The notes below the pieces were generated by a model. That model was not told the DNA's origin and searched no databases. It was given only the letters and a program-made list of their open reading frames with translations. Positions 1 through 10,927 of a DNA stretch of 64,000 nucleotides are shown here, one piece after another; within the stretch, counting starts at the first letter, position 1; every line of letters begins with the position of its first letter. Both the position numbers and the translations under genes were made by a program. The stretch comes from Escherichia coli. Lineage in GTDB: Bacteria; Pseudomonadota; Gammaproteobacteria; Enterobacterales; Enterobacteriaceae. The stretch lies in the NCBI RefSeq assembly GCF_003018235.1, contig NZ_CP027437.1. One strand, 5' to 3'.

Positions 1-2
1 AT

Positions 3-560
3 GTGCAGGGTAGTGGGTATATCGACTTTGGTGATGGCAGTCCGCTTAACTTTTTCAGCTATGCAGGGAAAAACGGTCATGCATATCGCAGCATTGGTAA
101 GGTGCTGATTGACCGTGGCGAAGTGAAAAAAGAAGATATGTCGATGCAGGCGATTCGTCACTGGGGTGAAACACACAGTGAAGCCGAGGTTCGCGAGCTG
201 CTGGAACAGAACCCGTCTTTCGTCTTCTTTAAACCGCAATCTTTTGCACCGGTGAAAGGGGCAAGTGCGGTGCCGCTGGTTGGCCGTGCTTCTGTTGCCT
301 CCGATCGTTCAATTATTCCGCCAGGTACTACCTTGCTGGCAGAAGTGCCGCTGCTGGATAATAACGGCAAATTTAACGGTCAGTACGAATTGCGTCTGAT
401 GGTGGCGCTGGATGTCGGTGGCGCAATCAAAGGCCAACACTTCGATATCTATCAAGGGATCGGGCCGGAAGCCGGGCACCGCGCAGGTTGGTACAACCAC
501 TATGGACGTGTCTGGGTGCTGAAAACGGCTCCGGGCGCAGGTAACGTCTTTAGCGGCTGA
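3..560 (+). CDS. mltA: Membrane-bound lytic murein transglycosylase A, C-terminal part; the 5' end lies outside the window
   Basis: ORF open from the window edge to a stop at 558-560; the translation matches the MltA C-terminal domain as I recall it; position upstream of tcdA fits known synteny. Confidence 0.85.
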   Translation: MQGSGYIDFGDGSPLNFFSYAGKNGHAYRSIGKVLIDRGEVKKEDMSMQAIRHWGETHSEAEVRELLEQNPSFVFFKPQSFAPVKGASAVPLVGRASVASDRSIIPPGTTLLAEVPLLDNNGKFNGQYELRLMVALDVGGAIKGQHFDIYQGIGPEAGHRAGWYNHYGRVWVLKTAPGAGNVFSG

Positions 561-636
561 TGTGATATTCTGTATGCCGTTTTTACGGATACGACAGGGT
601 GAGGGATAACCTCGCCCTTTTTAATTCTGAGGTGCT

Positions 637-1443
637 ATGTCTGTGGTAATTAGTGATGCATGGCGTCAGCGTTTTGGTGGCACAGCGCGTCTGTATGGTG
701 AAAAAGCGTTGCAACTGTTTGCTGACGCGCATATTTGTGTGGTCGGTATTGGCGGTGTCGGTTCCTGGGCGGCGGAAGCGCTGGCGCGCACAGGGATTGG
801 CGCAATCACGCTTATCGATATGGATGATGTGTGCGTCACCAATACCAATCGGCAAATTCATGCCCTGCGCGATAACGTTGGGCTGGCAAAAGCGGAAGTT
901 ATGGCGGAGCGTATTCGCCAGATTAACCCGGAGTGCCGTGTAACGGTGGTGGATGATTTCGTGACGCCGGATAACGTAGCGCAGTATATGAGCGTGGGTT
1001 ATTCGTACGTGATTGATGCCATTGATAGTGTACGGCCCAAAGCGGCGCTGATTGCTTATTGTCGGCGCAATAAAATCCCACTGGTCACAACCGGTGGCGC
1101 GGGTGGGCAGATTGACCCGACGCAGATTCAGGTTACCGATCTGGCGAAAACGATTCAGGACCCGCTGGCGGCGAAGTTGCGTGAGCGCCTGAAAAGCGAT
1201 TTTGGCATAGTGAAAAACAGTAAAGGTAAGCTCGGCGTGGATTGCGTGTTCTCTACCGAAGCATTGGTGTACCCGCAGTCAGACGGTACGGTGTGTGCTA
1301 TGAAAGCCACGGCGGAAGGGCCGAAGCGGATGGATTGTGCATCTGGATTTGGCGCGGCGACGATGGTGACCGCCACCTTTGGTTTTGTTGCGGTTTCTCA
1401 TGCGCTGAAGAAGATGATGGCGAAAGCGGCCCGTCAGGGGTAA
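637..1443 (+). CDS. tcdA: tRNA threonylcarbamoyladenosine dehydratase (ThiF/MoeB-like E1 enzyme, CsdL)
   Basis: 268-aa ORF with the nucleotide-binding motif VVGIGGVGSW typical of ThiF/MoeB-like proteins; adjacent to csdE-csdA. Confidence 0.9.
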   Translation: MSVVISDAWRQRFGGTARLYGEKALQLFADAHICVVGIGGVGSWAAEALARTGIGAITLIDMDDVCVTNTNRQIHALRDNVGLAKAEVMAERIRQINPECRVTVVDDFVTPDNVAQYMSVGYSYVIDAIDSVRPKAALIAYCRRNKIPLVTTGGAGGQIDPTQIQVTDLAKTIQDPLAAKLRERLKSDFGIVKNSKGKLGVDCVFSTEALVYPQSDGTVCAMKATAEGPKRMDCASGFGAATMVTATFGFVAVSHALKKMMAKAARQG

Positions 1444-1493
1444 ACAATCAGGTCGGATGCGACGCGAACGTCTTATCCGACCTGGTTCTGTGC

Positions 1494-1937
1494 TTAAACC
1501 TGCTTCGCCACAGCGATAATCGCCTCGCTTAACGCATTCAACCCCTGGCTGCGTGAGGCGCTAAGCTGCGCACGCAATCCCAGCTCATCAAACAATGTCA
1601 GCGGCGACTGTGCCTGCAATTCGGCGGCGGTTTTCCCCTCAACGGCAGTCAACAACACCGCCAGCAGGCCGCGCACAATGCGCCCTTCGCTGTCGCCAAA
1701 GAAGTGCATTTTACCGTTTTCAGCCACGGTATATCCCAGCCAGACGCGGTTTTCGCATCCGGCAATCTCTTTAGCCTGCGCTTTTAACTCGTCTGGCAAA
1801 GCCGGAAGCTGTTTCCCCAGCATGATCAACTGGCGATATTTATCTTCCCATTGCGTCAACGGTGCGAAGGTATTGCGTAACGTTTCTGCGGTTACGGTTG
1901 TGCCGAACGGATGTCCGGCGAATTGCGGGTTCGTCAT
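1494..1937 (-). CDS. csdE: SufE-like sulfur acceptor protein CsdE
   Basis: 147-aa ORF, SufE-family sequence; its start overlaps the csdA stop (ATGA coupling). Confidence 0.9.
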   Translation of the reverse strand: MTNPQFAGHPFGTTVTAETLRNTFAPLTQWEDKYRQLIMLGKQLPALPDELKAQAKEIAGCENRVWLGYTVAENGKMHFFGDSEGRIVRGLLAVLLTAVEGKTAAELQAQSPLTLFDELGLRAQLSASRSQGLNALSEAIIAVAKQV

Positions 1938-3142
1938 TAATCCACCAATAATTCCAGCGCGCGGTCAACGGCATTCACCAGCGCATCCACATCACTCTTT
2001 GTATTATATGGCGCAAAAGAGGCGCGCAGTGTGCCGGTTACGCCTAATTCTGCCAGTAGCGGCTGAGCGCAATGCTGCCCGGCCCGCAGGGCAATACCGT
2101 ACTCCGCCAGCAGCGTCACCATATCGCTGTGATGAACGCCAGCAAAATCAAAGGCCAGCAGGCTGGAATCCTGGCAGCGAAATGAGCGGAAGCCAGGACG
2201 TTTTGCCAGCGCATCTTCCGCCAGCGTTGCTAAGCTACGGCTCCAGCTTTCGGCCTGGTTGATATCGTAATCTGCCAGCCATTCCAGCGCCGCGCTTAAT
2301 CCTATGACACCAGCGACATTTGGCGTTCCGGCTTCCAGTTTCCACGGCGCAGATTGAGTCGTGAAGCCGTCAAAACTCACTTCGTGAATCATTTTGCCGC
2401 CACCCAGCCAGGGTGACATCGCTTCCAGCAGTTCTGATTTGCCATACAGCACGCCGATACCCGTCGGGCCATACAGTTTGTGACCAGAGAAAGCATAGAA
2501 ATCAATATCCAGTTGCTGAACATCCGCAGGGAAATGCACCGCCCCCTGAGCACCATCAACCATCACCACCATCCCGGCTGAATGAGCAAAGGTAATCGCT
2601 CGCGCCAGATCCGGGCAACCGCCAGTGACGTTCGACATTTGTCCCAGAGCAAGAATTCGACTACGAGGTGTGATCAGTTCTGGCAACAAATCGACATCCG
2701 GCAATCGCTGCGCATTAAGCGGCAATTTCACCACTTTGGCTCCCGTTTGTTGGGCGACCATCAGCCAGGGGACGAGGTTAGCGTGGTGTTCTGCCACGCT
2801 GACAATAATCTCATCGCCCGGTTGCAGACGCGGACGCGCATAGCATTGTGCCACCATGTTGATGGATTCAGTGGTGCCGCGCGTCCAGACGATAGTTTTA
2901 TCATCCGGTGCATTCAGTAATTGCGCCACTTTCTCTCGTGCAGCTTCATAACGCGCGGTCAGGCGTTGGGCTTCGGCAAACTGGCTGCGATGGACGTTTC
3001 CGGCGCTCAGGCTGTAAAACTGTCGAGTGGCTTCAACCACGGCTTCAGGTTTAAGCGCGGTCGCGGCGCTGTCGAGATAGACGCCCGCATCCTGTAGCGC
3101 GGGAAACTGGGCGCGAAACTGCGCGGGATTAAAAACGTTCAT
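1937..3142 (-). CDS. csdA: Cysteine desulfurase CsdA (PLP-dependent aminotransferase class V)
   Basis: Track ORF 1937..3178; I place the start at the internal ATG (rc of cat at 3140-3142) giving MNVFNPAQF... and 401 aa, the length I recall for CsdA. Confidence 0.88.
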   Translation of the reverse strand: MNVFNPAQFRAQFPALQDAGVYLDSAATALKPEAVVEATRQFYSLSAGNVHRSQFAEAQRLTARYEAAREKVAQLLNAPDDKTIVWTRGTTESINMVAQCYARPRLQPGDEIIVSVAEHHANLVPWLMVAQQTGAKVVKLPLNAQRLPDVDLLPELITPRSRILALGQMSNVTGGCPDLARAITFAHSAGMVVMVDGAQGAVHFPADVQQLDIDFYAFSGHKLYGPTGIGVLYGKSELLEAMSPWLGGGKMIHEVSFDGFTTQSAPWKLEAGTPNVAGVIGLSAALEWLADYDINQAESWSRSLATLAEDALAKRPGFRSFRCQDSSLLAFDFAGVHHSDMVTLLAEYGIALRAGQHCAQPLLAELGVTGTLRASFAPYNTKSDVDALVNAVDRALELLVD

Positions 3143-3333
3143 GGTACTCCTCGGCTTGATGCACCGATCGTGACGCAAAATTCACTTTGATACAAGGAGG
3201 GTGCTAACCATCAGAATTATCTGGATATCCTGGCGAAGCCGCGTCAGTAACATATGCTGAATAGTGTTAGGCGTTAATTTTAGCCTGTTAATCAATACTA
3301 TTAAGATTTATTAATCGCTTTAAGGAGAAGATG

Positions 3334-3561
3334 ATGAAAAAGACTGCCGCAATTATTTCTGCCTGTATGCTGACTTTTGCCCTGAGCGCCTGTTCCGGTT
3401 CGAACTATGTGATGCACACCAATGACGGACGTACCATCGTCTCTGACGGCAAACCACAGACTGATAACGATACCGGTATGATTTCGTATAAAGACGCTAA
3501 TGGCAACAAACAGCAGATCAACCGTACCGACGTGAAAGAGATGGTCGAACTGGATCAGTAA
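3334..3561 (+). CDS. ygdI: Small lipoprotein (DUF903 family)
   Basis: 75-aa ORF with signal peptide and lipobox LSAC; tandem ATG, second one chosen; located between csdA and gcvB. Confidence 0.8.
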   Translation: MKKTAAIISACMLTFALSACSGSNYVMHTNDGRTIVSDGKPQTDNDTGMISYKDANGNKQQINRTDVKEMVELDQ

Positions 3562-3577
3562 TTCGCGATCGCAAGGT

Positions 3578-3783
3578 AAAAAAAAGCACCGCAATTAGGC
3601 GGTGCTACATTAATCACTATGGACAGACAGGGTAAATGTACAGGAAGTGAAAAAAGGTAGCTTTGCTACCATGGTCTGAATCGCAGACCAATTGCAAACA
3701 CAACAACACAACATCACAACCGTAAGCCAAAAGTTCACCAGAACACGCATTCCGATAAAACTTTTCGTTCCGGCTCAGGAAGT
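3578..3783 (-). ncRNA. gcvB: GcvB small regulatory RNA (Hfq-dependent, represses amino-acid transporter mRNAs)
   Basis: The reverse complement of this interval reads ACTTCCTGAGCCGGAACGAAAAGTTTTATCGG...GT-rich stretch TGTGATGTTGTGTTGTTGTGTTTG...terminator hairpin GCACCGCCTAATTGCGGTGC followed by a T-run, matching the gcvB sequence as I remember it; it is divergent from gcvA as expected and 206 nt long. Confidence 0.9.
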
Positions 3784-3911
3784 GCCGCCACTATAGGTAT
3801 TTGCTGGTAGAAGCTCAACGGACAATTTATAATGGCTCAGATTAAAAAAACTAATAGGTTACACAGTGTGATCTAATTGTTAAATTCATTTAACATCAAA
3901 GTTTAAAAGCC

Positions 3912-4829
3912 ATGTCTAAACGATTACCACCGCTAAATGCCTTACGAGTTTTTGATGCCGCAGCACGCCATTTAAGTTTCACTCGCGCAGCAGAAGAGCT
4001 TTTTGTGACCCAGGCCGCAGTAAGTCATCAAATCAAGTCTCTTGAGGATTTTCTGGGGCTAAAACTATTCCGCCGCCGTAATCGTTCACTCCTGCTGACC
4101 GAGGAAGGTCAAAGCTATTTCCTCGATATCAAAGAGATATTTTCGCAATTAACCGAAGCGACGCGTAAACTCCAGGCCCGTAGCGCCAAGGGGGCGTTGA
4201 CGGTCAGTTTACTCCCCAGTTTCGCCATTCATTGGTTGGTTCCGCGACTTTCCAGCTTTAATTCAGCTTATCCGGGAATTGACGTTCGAATCCAGGCGGT
4301 TGATCGTCAGGAAGATAAGCTGGCGGATGATGTTGATGTGGCGATATTTTATGGTCGGGGCAACTGGCCGGGGCTACGGGTGGAAAAACTGTACGCCGAA
4401 TATTTATTGCCGGTGTGTTCGCCGCTACTGCTGACTGGCGAAAAACCCTTGAAGACCCCGGAAGATCTGGCTAAACATACGTTATTACATGATGCGTCAC
4501 GCCGTGACTGGCAGACATATACTCGCCAATTGGGGTTAAATCATATCAACGTTCAGCAAGGGCCAATTTTTAGCCATAGCGCCATGGTGCTGCAAGCGGC
4601 TATTCACGGGCAGGGAGTGGCGCTGGCAAATAACGTGATGGCGCAATCTGAAATCGAGGCCGGACGTCTTGTTTGCCCGTTTAATGATGTTCTGGTCAGT
4701 AAAAATGCTTTTTATCTGGTTTGTCATGACAGTCAGGCAGAACTGGGTAAAATAGCCGCCTTTCGCCAATGGATCCTGGCGAAAGCCGCTGCTGAACAAG
4801 AAAAATTCCGCTTTCGTTATGAACAATAA
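3912..4829 (+). CDS. gcvA: LysR-family transcriptional regulator of the glycine cleavage system
   Basis: 305-aa ORF with an N-terminal LysR helix-turn-helix (LNALRVFDAAARHLSFTRAAEELFVTQAAVSHQIKSLE); divergent from gcvB. Confidence 0.92.
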   Translation: MSKRLPPLNALRVFDAAARHLSFTRAAEELFVTQAAVSHQIKSLEDFLGLKLFRRRNRSLLLTEEGQSYFLDIKEIFSQLTEATRKLQARSAKGALTVSLLPSFAIHWLVPRLSSFNSAYPGIDVRIQAVDRQEDKLADDVDVAIFYGRGNWPGLRVEKLYAEYLLPVCSPLLLTGEKPLKTPEDLAKHTLLHDASRRDWQTYTRQLGLNHINVQQGPIFSHSAMVLQAAIHGQGVALANNVMAQSEIEAGRLVCPFNDVLVSKNAFYLVCHDSQAELGKIAAFRQWILAKAAAEQEKFRFRYEQ

Positions 4830-4847
4830 TTTACGTAGGGTACGACC

Positions 4848-5243
4848 ATGACCAGCCGTTTTATGCTGATTTTCGCCGCCATTAGCGGCTTCATTTTTGT
4901 GGCTCTGGGCGCTTTTGGCGCGCATGTGTTAAGTAAAACCATGGGGGCCGTTGAGATGGGCTGGATCCAGACCGGTCTCGAATATCAGGCGTTCCATACG
5001 CTGGCGATCTTAGGTCTGGCGGTGGCAATGCAGCGTCGCATCAGTATCTGGTTTTACTGGAGTAGCGTTTTCCTCGCGTTAGGCACGGTGCTGTTCAGCG
5101 GCAGCCTTTATTGCCTGGCGCTGTCCCATCTGCGTTTGTGGGCATTTGTCACACCGGTTGGCGGCGTGAGCTTCCTCGCGGGCTGGGCGTTAATGTTAGT
5201 TGGTGCTATCCGTTTAAAGCGCAAGGGCGTAAGTCATGAATAA
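4848..5243 (+). CDS. ygdD: Small inner-membrane protein (DUF423)
   Basis: 131-aa hydrophobic ORF; its 3' end overlaps the rlmM start. Confidence 0.85.
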   Translation: MTSRFMLIFAAISGFIFVALGAFGAHVLSKTMGAVEMGWIQTGLEYQAFHTLAILGLAVAMQRRISIWFYWSSVFLALGTVLFSGSLYCLALSHLRLWAFVTPVGGVSFLAGWALMLVGAIRLKRKGVSHE

Positions 5244-6336
5244 GGTTGTATTGCTGTGCCGTCCGGGCTTTGAAAAAGAGTGCGCCGCAGAAATTACCGA
5301 TAAAGCCGGCCAGCGGGAAATTTTCGGTTTTGCCCGCGTGAAAGAGAATGCGGGTTATGTCATTTATGAATGTTATCAACCTGATGATGGCGATAAGTTA
5401 ATCCGTGAGCTGCCGTTCAGTTCATTAATTTTTGCCCGCCAGTGGTTTGTGGTGGGGGAACTCCTGCAGCATTTGCCGCCAGAAGATCGTATTACCCCCA
5501 TTGTCGGCATGTTACAGGGTGTAGTAGAGAAGGGCGGTGAACTGCGTGTTGAAGTTGCCGATACCAACGAAAGCAAAGAGTTGCTGAAATTCTGCCGTAA
5601 ATTCACCGTGCCGCTACGCGCTGCCTTGCGCGATGCGGGTGTGCTGGCGAACTATGAAACGCCGAAGCGTCCGGTTGTGCATGTATTCTTTATTGCACCA
5701 GGCTGCTGCTATACCGGTTACTCATACAGCAACAATAATTCGCCGTTCTATATGGGCATTCCGCGCCTGAAATTTCCGGCAGATGCGCCGAGTCGTTCCA
5801 CGCTCAAACTGGAAGAGGCATTTCATGTGTTTATTCCTGCGGATGAGTGGGATGAACGCCTGGCGAACGGGATGTGGGCGGTGGATTTAGGCGCTTGCCC
5901 AGGCGGCTGGACCTACCAACTGGTGAAGCGCAACATGTGGGTTTATTCCGTCGACAACGGCCCGATGGCGCAAAGTCTGATGGATACCGGACAGGTGACG
6001 TGGCTGCGGGAAGACGGTTTCAAATTCCGTCCGATACGCAGCAATATCTCCTGGATGGTATGCGATATGGTTGAAAAACCGGCGAAAGTTGCGGCATTGA
6101 TGGCGCAGTGGCTGGTTAATGGCTGGTGCCGTGAAACCATTTTCAACCTCAAACTGCCGATGAAAAAACGCTACGAAGAAGTGTCACACAATCTGGCGTA
6201 TATTCAGGCACAGCTTGATGAACATGGCATAAATGCTCAGATTCAGGCGCGGCAGTTGTATCACGATCGCGAAGAAGTGACGGTGCACGTCCGCCGCATC
6301 TGGGCTGCGGTGGGTGGTCGTCGCGACGAGCGATAA
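5236..6336 (+). CDS. rlmM: 23S rRNA 2'-O-ribose C2498 methyltransferase
   Basis: 366-aa ORF matching RlmM (YgdE) in length and sequence as I recall it. Confidence 0.9.
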   Translation: MNKVVLLCRPGFEKECAAEITDKAGQREIFGFARVKENAGYVIYECYQPDDGDKLIRELPFSSLIFARQWFVVGELLQHLPPEDRITPIVGMLQGVVEKGGELRVEVADTNESKELLKFCRKFTVPLRAALRDAGVLANYETPKRPVVHVFFIAPGCCYTGYSYSNNNSPFYMGIPRLKFPADAPSRSTLKLEEAFHVFIPADEWDERLANGMWAVDLGACPGGWTYQLVKRNMWVYSVDNGPMAQSLMDTGQVTWLREDGFKFRPIRSNISWMVCDMVEKPAKVAALMAQWLVNGWCRETIFNLKLPMKKRYEEVSHNLAYIQAQLDEHGINAQIQARQLYHDREEVTVHVRRIWAAVGGRRDER

Positions 6337-6379
6337 CAGGCAAGGCCGGGGCGTCGTCTCCGGCCTGCTACCCTTTCCG

Positions 6380-7111
6380 TCAGGCTGTTACCAAAGAAGT
6401 TGCAACCTGGCGCTCATCAGAAATAATGTGCGTTACCTCATCCAGATGCCCGATGCGGGCTTCCCCTGAACGATTAAATTTACTTTTATCAATCAATAAC
6501 AACGATTGCGCGGCACGTTTTAATAGCATCGATTTGTAATCAGCGTTGATGGCATTGGAGTCCCACAGTGCGCCGCTGCTATCGATCCCTTCACAAGAAA
6601 AAATAAACAGATCGATTTCCAGCGATTTAAGTTGGGAAATCAGCGAGGGATTGACGTAACAGCCATATTTGCGCTCAAGTGTGCCGCCGGAACTGATCAG
6701 TTGAATGCGTTCGCGTTTACCGAGTTCATGGCAAATCGGATGGCTATTGGTGAAGACCTGAATGTTGATGTCAGGCAACTGGCGTGCCAGATACCAGCAA
6801 GTTGAACTGGCGTCTAAGGCTATCACCATCCCTTCTTCAATCCACGCGAGCGCCTCGCGCGCGATATCTGCTTTATGCGCATAATGGCTTTTCAGCCGGA
6901 TGTGAAAGGGATCGCCACTGTCTTGATTTTGACGGTGGATATATTTAGCGCGCCCATGATTGCGCAGAATTTTACCCTGCGTCTGTAATTCATTGAGATC
7001 GCGACGAATGGTTTCTTTACTGACCTTTAGCTGTTCAGAGAGAGCTTCCGTGGTCAGGCTGGTATGGTTCAGCAGCAGGTCGACTATCGCTTGCTGGCGT
7101 GCCGCTTTCAT
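6380..7111 (-). CDS. fucR: DeoR-family activator of the L-fucose regulon
   Basis: Track ORF of 246 aa starts at a GTG; I place the start at the ATG three codons in (MKAARQQ...), giving 243 aa; DeoR-type HTH and sugar-binding domain. Confidence 0.88.
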   Translation of the reverse strand: MKAARQQAIVDLLLNHTSLTTEALSEQLKVSKETIRRDLNELQTQGKILRNHGRAKYIHRQNQDSGDPFHIRLKSHYAHKADIAREALAWIEEGMVIALDASSTCWYLARQLPDINIQVFTNSHPICHELGKRERIQLISSGGTLERKYGCYVNPSLISQLKSLEIDLFIFSCEGIDSSGALWDSNAINADYKSMLLKRAAQSLLLIDKSKFNRSGEARIGHLDEVTHIISDERQVATSLVTA

Positions 7112-7168
7112 ATTTTTCACCCCATCATTCGATAACCGCCCGCGTCATGCGGGCGTACCGGTATGAGA

Positions 7169-7591
7169 TTACGGTGTTACCCCTTTTTTTAAAAGAATAT
7201 TCCCGTACTTCGCTCGTTCGCCTGTGATAACGATCGCAAAGGCTTTTTGTGCCCGTTCATAAAACGCAAAACGATTGATGCGGATGATGTCAGGACACGG
7301 GGCTTGTAGTGAAAGCGCATTACGGTAACGTCGTTCTACTTCAGGATCGAGAGTGTCACCTTCTACCGCCGCCATCATCACCAGCGGCGGTGCATAACTG
7401 TCCAGTTCAAATAACGGGATAATCGCCTGGAGCAAGTCGCTCACCAACAGGCCATCAGCGCGGATCACCTGCGGTCCCATCGAATGGGCGGGAAAGTGAG
7501 CATCGGAAAAAATAATTTCATCTCCATGCCCCATCTCTGCCAGCACTTTCAATAGTTCGGGAGAAATTAACGGCGAAATTGTTTTCAGCAT
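7169..7591 (-). CDS. fucU: L-fucose mutarotase
   Basis: 140-aa ORF, RbsD/FucU family. Confidence 0.9.
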
Positions 7592-7592
7592 T

Positions 7593-9011
7593 TCACACTT
7601 CCTCTATAAATTCAGGTTCAGTTTGCGGGTAGAAATAACGGTACTGATAATGAATCTGCGCGCGGGCTTCCTCCGGGCTGTTAAATTCCCCTACGCCATA
7701 CCAACCGAACAGCGCAGCTCCTGCGACGGTCGTTTCGGCGTCGTCGAGAACTTTTACCGGAATATCAAGCATATTGGCTTTAATCTGATTCCACAATGTG
7801 TTGCGACTTCCTCCACCGACTAACAATAATTCAGAGGCTTTAAAGTGCCCGATTTTTTCCAGCATCTGTAGATTGTGCTGTAATTGCGCAGTTAACCCTT
7901 CCAGCGCCGCGCGATAGAAATGCCCCCGCGTGGTATTAAGCGTCACTCCTTGCCAGCCAGCGTTCTGACACGACAATAAATCACACTGCATTTTCACGCC
8001 ATCCGCGCCAGGTGCGATCAGACGAGCTTCTTCAATCAACATTTGCCAGGGTGTTTCAGCCGTCCAGAACAGTTTTCTCACCCATTCCAGCACGCCGGAT
8101 GCCAGCCATTGCATACCTGGGTTATACAACCCTGCCTGGCTATCCAGTTCGCAGGTGGAACCGGCGTACTGACTTAACAGCGAAGTATCAACTTGGGCGC
8201 TGCGGACCATTAAAATTTCCCATGTACCGGAAGAGAGCACGGGTTCATTTTGTTCGGCACCAGCGCCAAAAAGGGCGAACTGGGTATCGTGACCTGCGGA
8301 AATCACCGGTATGCCAACGGGTAAGCCGAGCATTGCTGCGGCGCTGTTCTGTAACGTACCAATCTGTTCACCCGCTTCCACCAGACGAGGGAAGAGTCGG
8401 CGTGGAATACCGGTGGCTTGTAAAATTTGCGGACTGAAATCGCGTTGCTGGATATCCAGCATCTGGCTGGTTCCGGCCATCGTGATATCAGTAGTGAATT
8501 CGCCGGTTAAACGGTGGTTAATCAGCGACGAAATAAAGAGCCAGGCGTGCGCGCGTTCCAGCAGTTGTGGATGATTTTCTTTCAACCACACCAACTTATA
8601 TAACGTATTGAAACTAAAGGCTCCGACGCCAGAAATAGCCTGCAACTGCTGTGCGGAGATCAACCGTTCAATATTGTCCATTACCGCTGCTGTTCGCGGA
8701 CATTTCCAGCTAATGATCGGATAGAGCAGATTGCCTTGCTTATCTACCAGAGCGCCATCCACACCAAAGGTGGTGACGGCGATACCGCGGATGTGGCAAT
8801 CAGTCAGTTCACTATTGATTTGCCGACAGCAATCAGCAAAGCGTTGCAAAATGGCGTCTAAAGACCACTGGTGCCAGGTGTTGTTTTCCATCGCGATATC
8901 GCTGGCATTAGGCGTTGAGGCGCGGGCAACAATTTTTCCCTGCCGATTAACCGCGATGGCCCTGACATTGGTCGCGCCACAGTCGAGTACCAGGATAACT
9001 TCTTGTTTCAT
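7593..9011 (-). CDS. fucK: L-fuculokinase (FGGY family)
   Basis: Track ORF 7593..9041 (482 aa). The internal ATG at 9011 is preceded by a good Shine-Dalgarno (GCAGGAGCGATT-ATG), whereas the ATG at 9041 has none and sits inside a hairpin; I favour 9011 (472 aa) but the longer form is possible. Confidence 0.85.
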
Positions 9012-9119
9012 AATCGCTCCTGCAATATAGCCGGATAACATTGCTTATCCGGCTAACCACTCTTGCTTGTTCAGGCCCGGTAGCCGGAGCGACCGGGCAT
9101 CACATCAGGGAGTAATGTA

Positions 9120-10895
9120 TTAACGCTTGTACAACGGGCCGTAGTTCTGGCAAGCGCGGTAATCCTGGCCTTCAATATCCATGCCGTGCGCGGCCCAGGC
9201 AGAAGGACGATACACTTTGGTCTCTTCAACGTTGTGCATACATACCGGGATACGCAGCATGGAGGCAAGAGTGATAAAGTCTGCGCCAACGTGGCCGATG
9301 GTCAGAACCCCGTGGTTAGCGCCCCAGTTCGCCATTACCGAGTACACATCCGTAAACGGCCCTTTACCGGTGAGGCGCGGTGCAAACCAGGTGGTTGGCC
9401 AGGTTGAGTTGGTGCGTTTGTTGAGGATGTCATGCACATCCTTCGGCAATTCCACGCTCCAGCCTTCCGCGATTTGCAGTACCGGTCCCAGGCCTTTGAT
9501 GATGTTGACACGAGTCATGGTGAACGGGACGCCGCCTTCGGTAAGGAAGCGGGAAGAGTAACCGCCGCCACGGAAGTATTCGTGGATCGCCGGGCACCAT
9601 TCGGTAGCGGCGAGGCAAGCGTCAGCCTCTTGCTGAGAGATTTCCCAGTGTGGCTTCATCGTCGGGTTACCTTCGCTGTCGCGTTGTTTACAGGAACCGT
9701 CCAGCGCAGCAGAACCGGAGTTGATCAAATGGATGATGCCGTGTTCTGCCAGTCCATCCAGTTTATGCCCCGTTACACGTTCAATTGCTTCTGGTGACCA
9801 GTAGGTACGCACATCGGCAAATACCTGAGCGGTGCCGGTGAGCTGGTGACCCATTAGCATTGCCACGCCGTTAAGACTGTCGTTTTCAGTCGCCACGACA
9901 AAGGGTTCGCGCACGCCATTCCAGTCAAATGAACTGTTAAGGATCGCTTCGGCGGTGTCGCCATTGGGATATTGATCGGTCCAGTGGCGTTGCCCCTGGA
10001 AGCCCGCAGCGATGGCGTTGTAGCCAAGTGATTCTTCCACGCGACCGATATCGGCCAGTTTGCTGTTGCCTTGCATCATGTCGCGGATACACATCGCCAT
10101 CAGTAAACTTTCGCGCAGAACTGCGCGGCTTTGCTCGGCATTGCGTTGATACTGTTTGTTATTTTCATCTTCGCCATAGCGGAAGTTTTTATCAGCCCAG
10201 GCCAGCGCCATTTCCAGTTCGGCTTCGTCGTAAATCTTCTGATCGATACGGCGACGCAGTTCGGTCATATCCACCGCCTGGACTTTCATTCCCAGCCAGG
10301 ATTCAAAGAAGTTGTGATCAACAATAGAACCGGCGATACCCATCGAAACGCCGCCCAGCGACAGATAGCTTTTACCTTTCATGCTGGCGACGGCCAAACC
10401 GGCGCGGGCAAAGCGCAGCAGTTTTTCTTCAACATCAGCAGGAATCGATGTGTCATCGGCATCCTGAACGTCATGACCGTAAATGGAGAATGCCGGGATG
10501 CCTTTCTGGCTGTGAGCTGCCAGAGCCGCTGCCAGGTAAACAGCGCCGGGGCGTTCAGTGCCGTTAAAGCCCCAAATGGCTTTCGGGCGGGTTGGATCCA
10601 TGTCGATAGTTTCACTGCCATAGCACCAGCAAGGCGTTACCGTAATGGTGAGGCCTACATTCTGACTGCTGAATTTTTCTTCGCAAGCAGCGGCTTCAGC
10701 CATACCCGCGATACAGGTATCGGAAATGACACACTCGACGGCAGCTTCGCAGGCATGGCGCAGTTTCTCGGTCAGCAGTGCGGCCGTAGCTTTCGCCATA
10801 TTCATTGTTTGTTCTTCAAGCGACTCACGAACACCCATGCGACGACCGTCAATAACCGGGCGGATACCAATTTTCGGTAAGCTGATTTTTTTCAT
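9120..10895 (-). CDS. fucI: L-fucose isomerase
   Basis: 591-aa ORF matching FucI. Confidence 0.93.
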   Translation of the reverse strand: MKKISLPKIGIRPVIDGRRMGVRESLEEQTMNMAKATAALLTEKLRHACEAAVECVISDTCIAGMAEAAACEEKFSSQNVGLTITVTPCWCYGSETIDMDPTRPKAIWGFNGTERPGAVYLAAALAAHSQKGIPAFSIYGHDVQDADDTSIPADVEEKLLRFARAGLAVASMKGKSYLSLGGVSMGIAGSIVDHNFFESWLGMKVQAVDMTELRRRIDQKIYDEAELEMALAWADKNFRYGEDENNKQYQRNAEQSRAVLRESLLMAMCIRDMMQGNSKLADIGRVEESLGYNAIAAGFQGQRHWTDQYPNGDTAEAILNSSFDWNGVREPFVVATENDSLNGVAMLMGHQLTGTAQVFADVRTYWSPEAIERVTGHKLDGLAEHGIIHLINSGSAALDGSCKQRDSEGNPTMKPHWEISQQEADACLAATEWCPAIHEYFRGGGYSSRFLTEGGVPFTMTRVNIIKGLGPVLQIAEGWSVELPKDVHDILNKRTNSTWPTTWFAPRLTGKGPFTDVYSVMANWGANHGVLTIGHVGADFITLASMLRIPVCMHNVEETKVYRPSAWAAHGMDIEGQDYRACQNYGPLYKR

Positions 10896-10927
10896 TACAG
10901 ATTCCTCACTTTATTCGGAAAATATGT

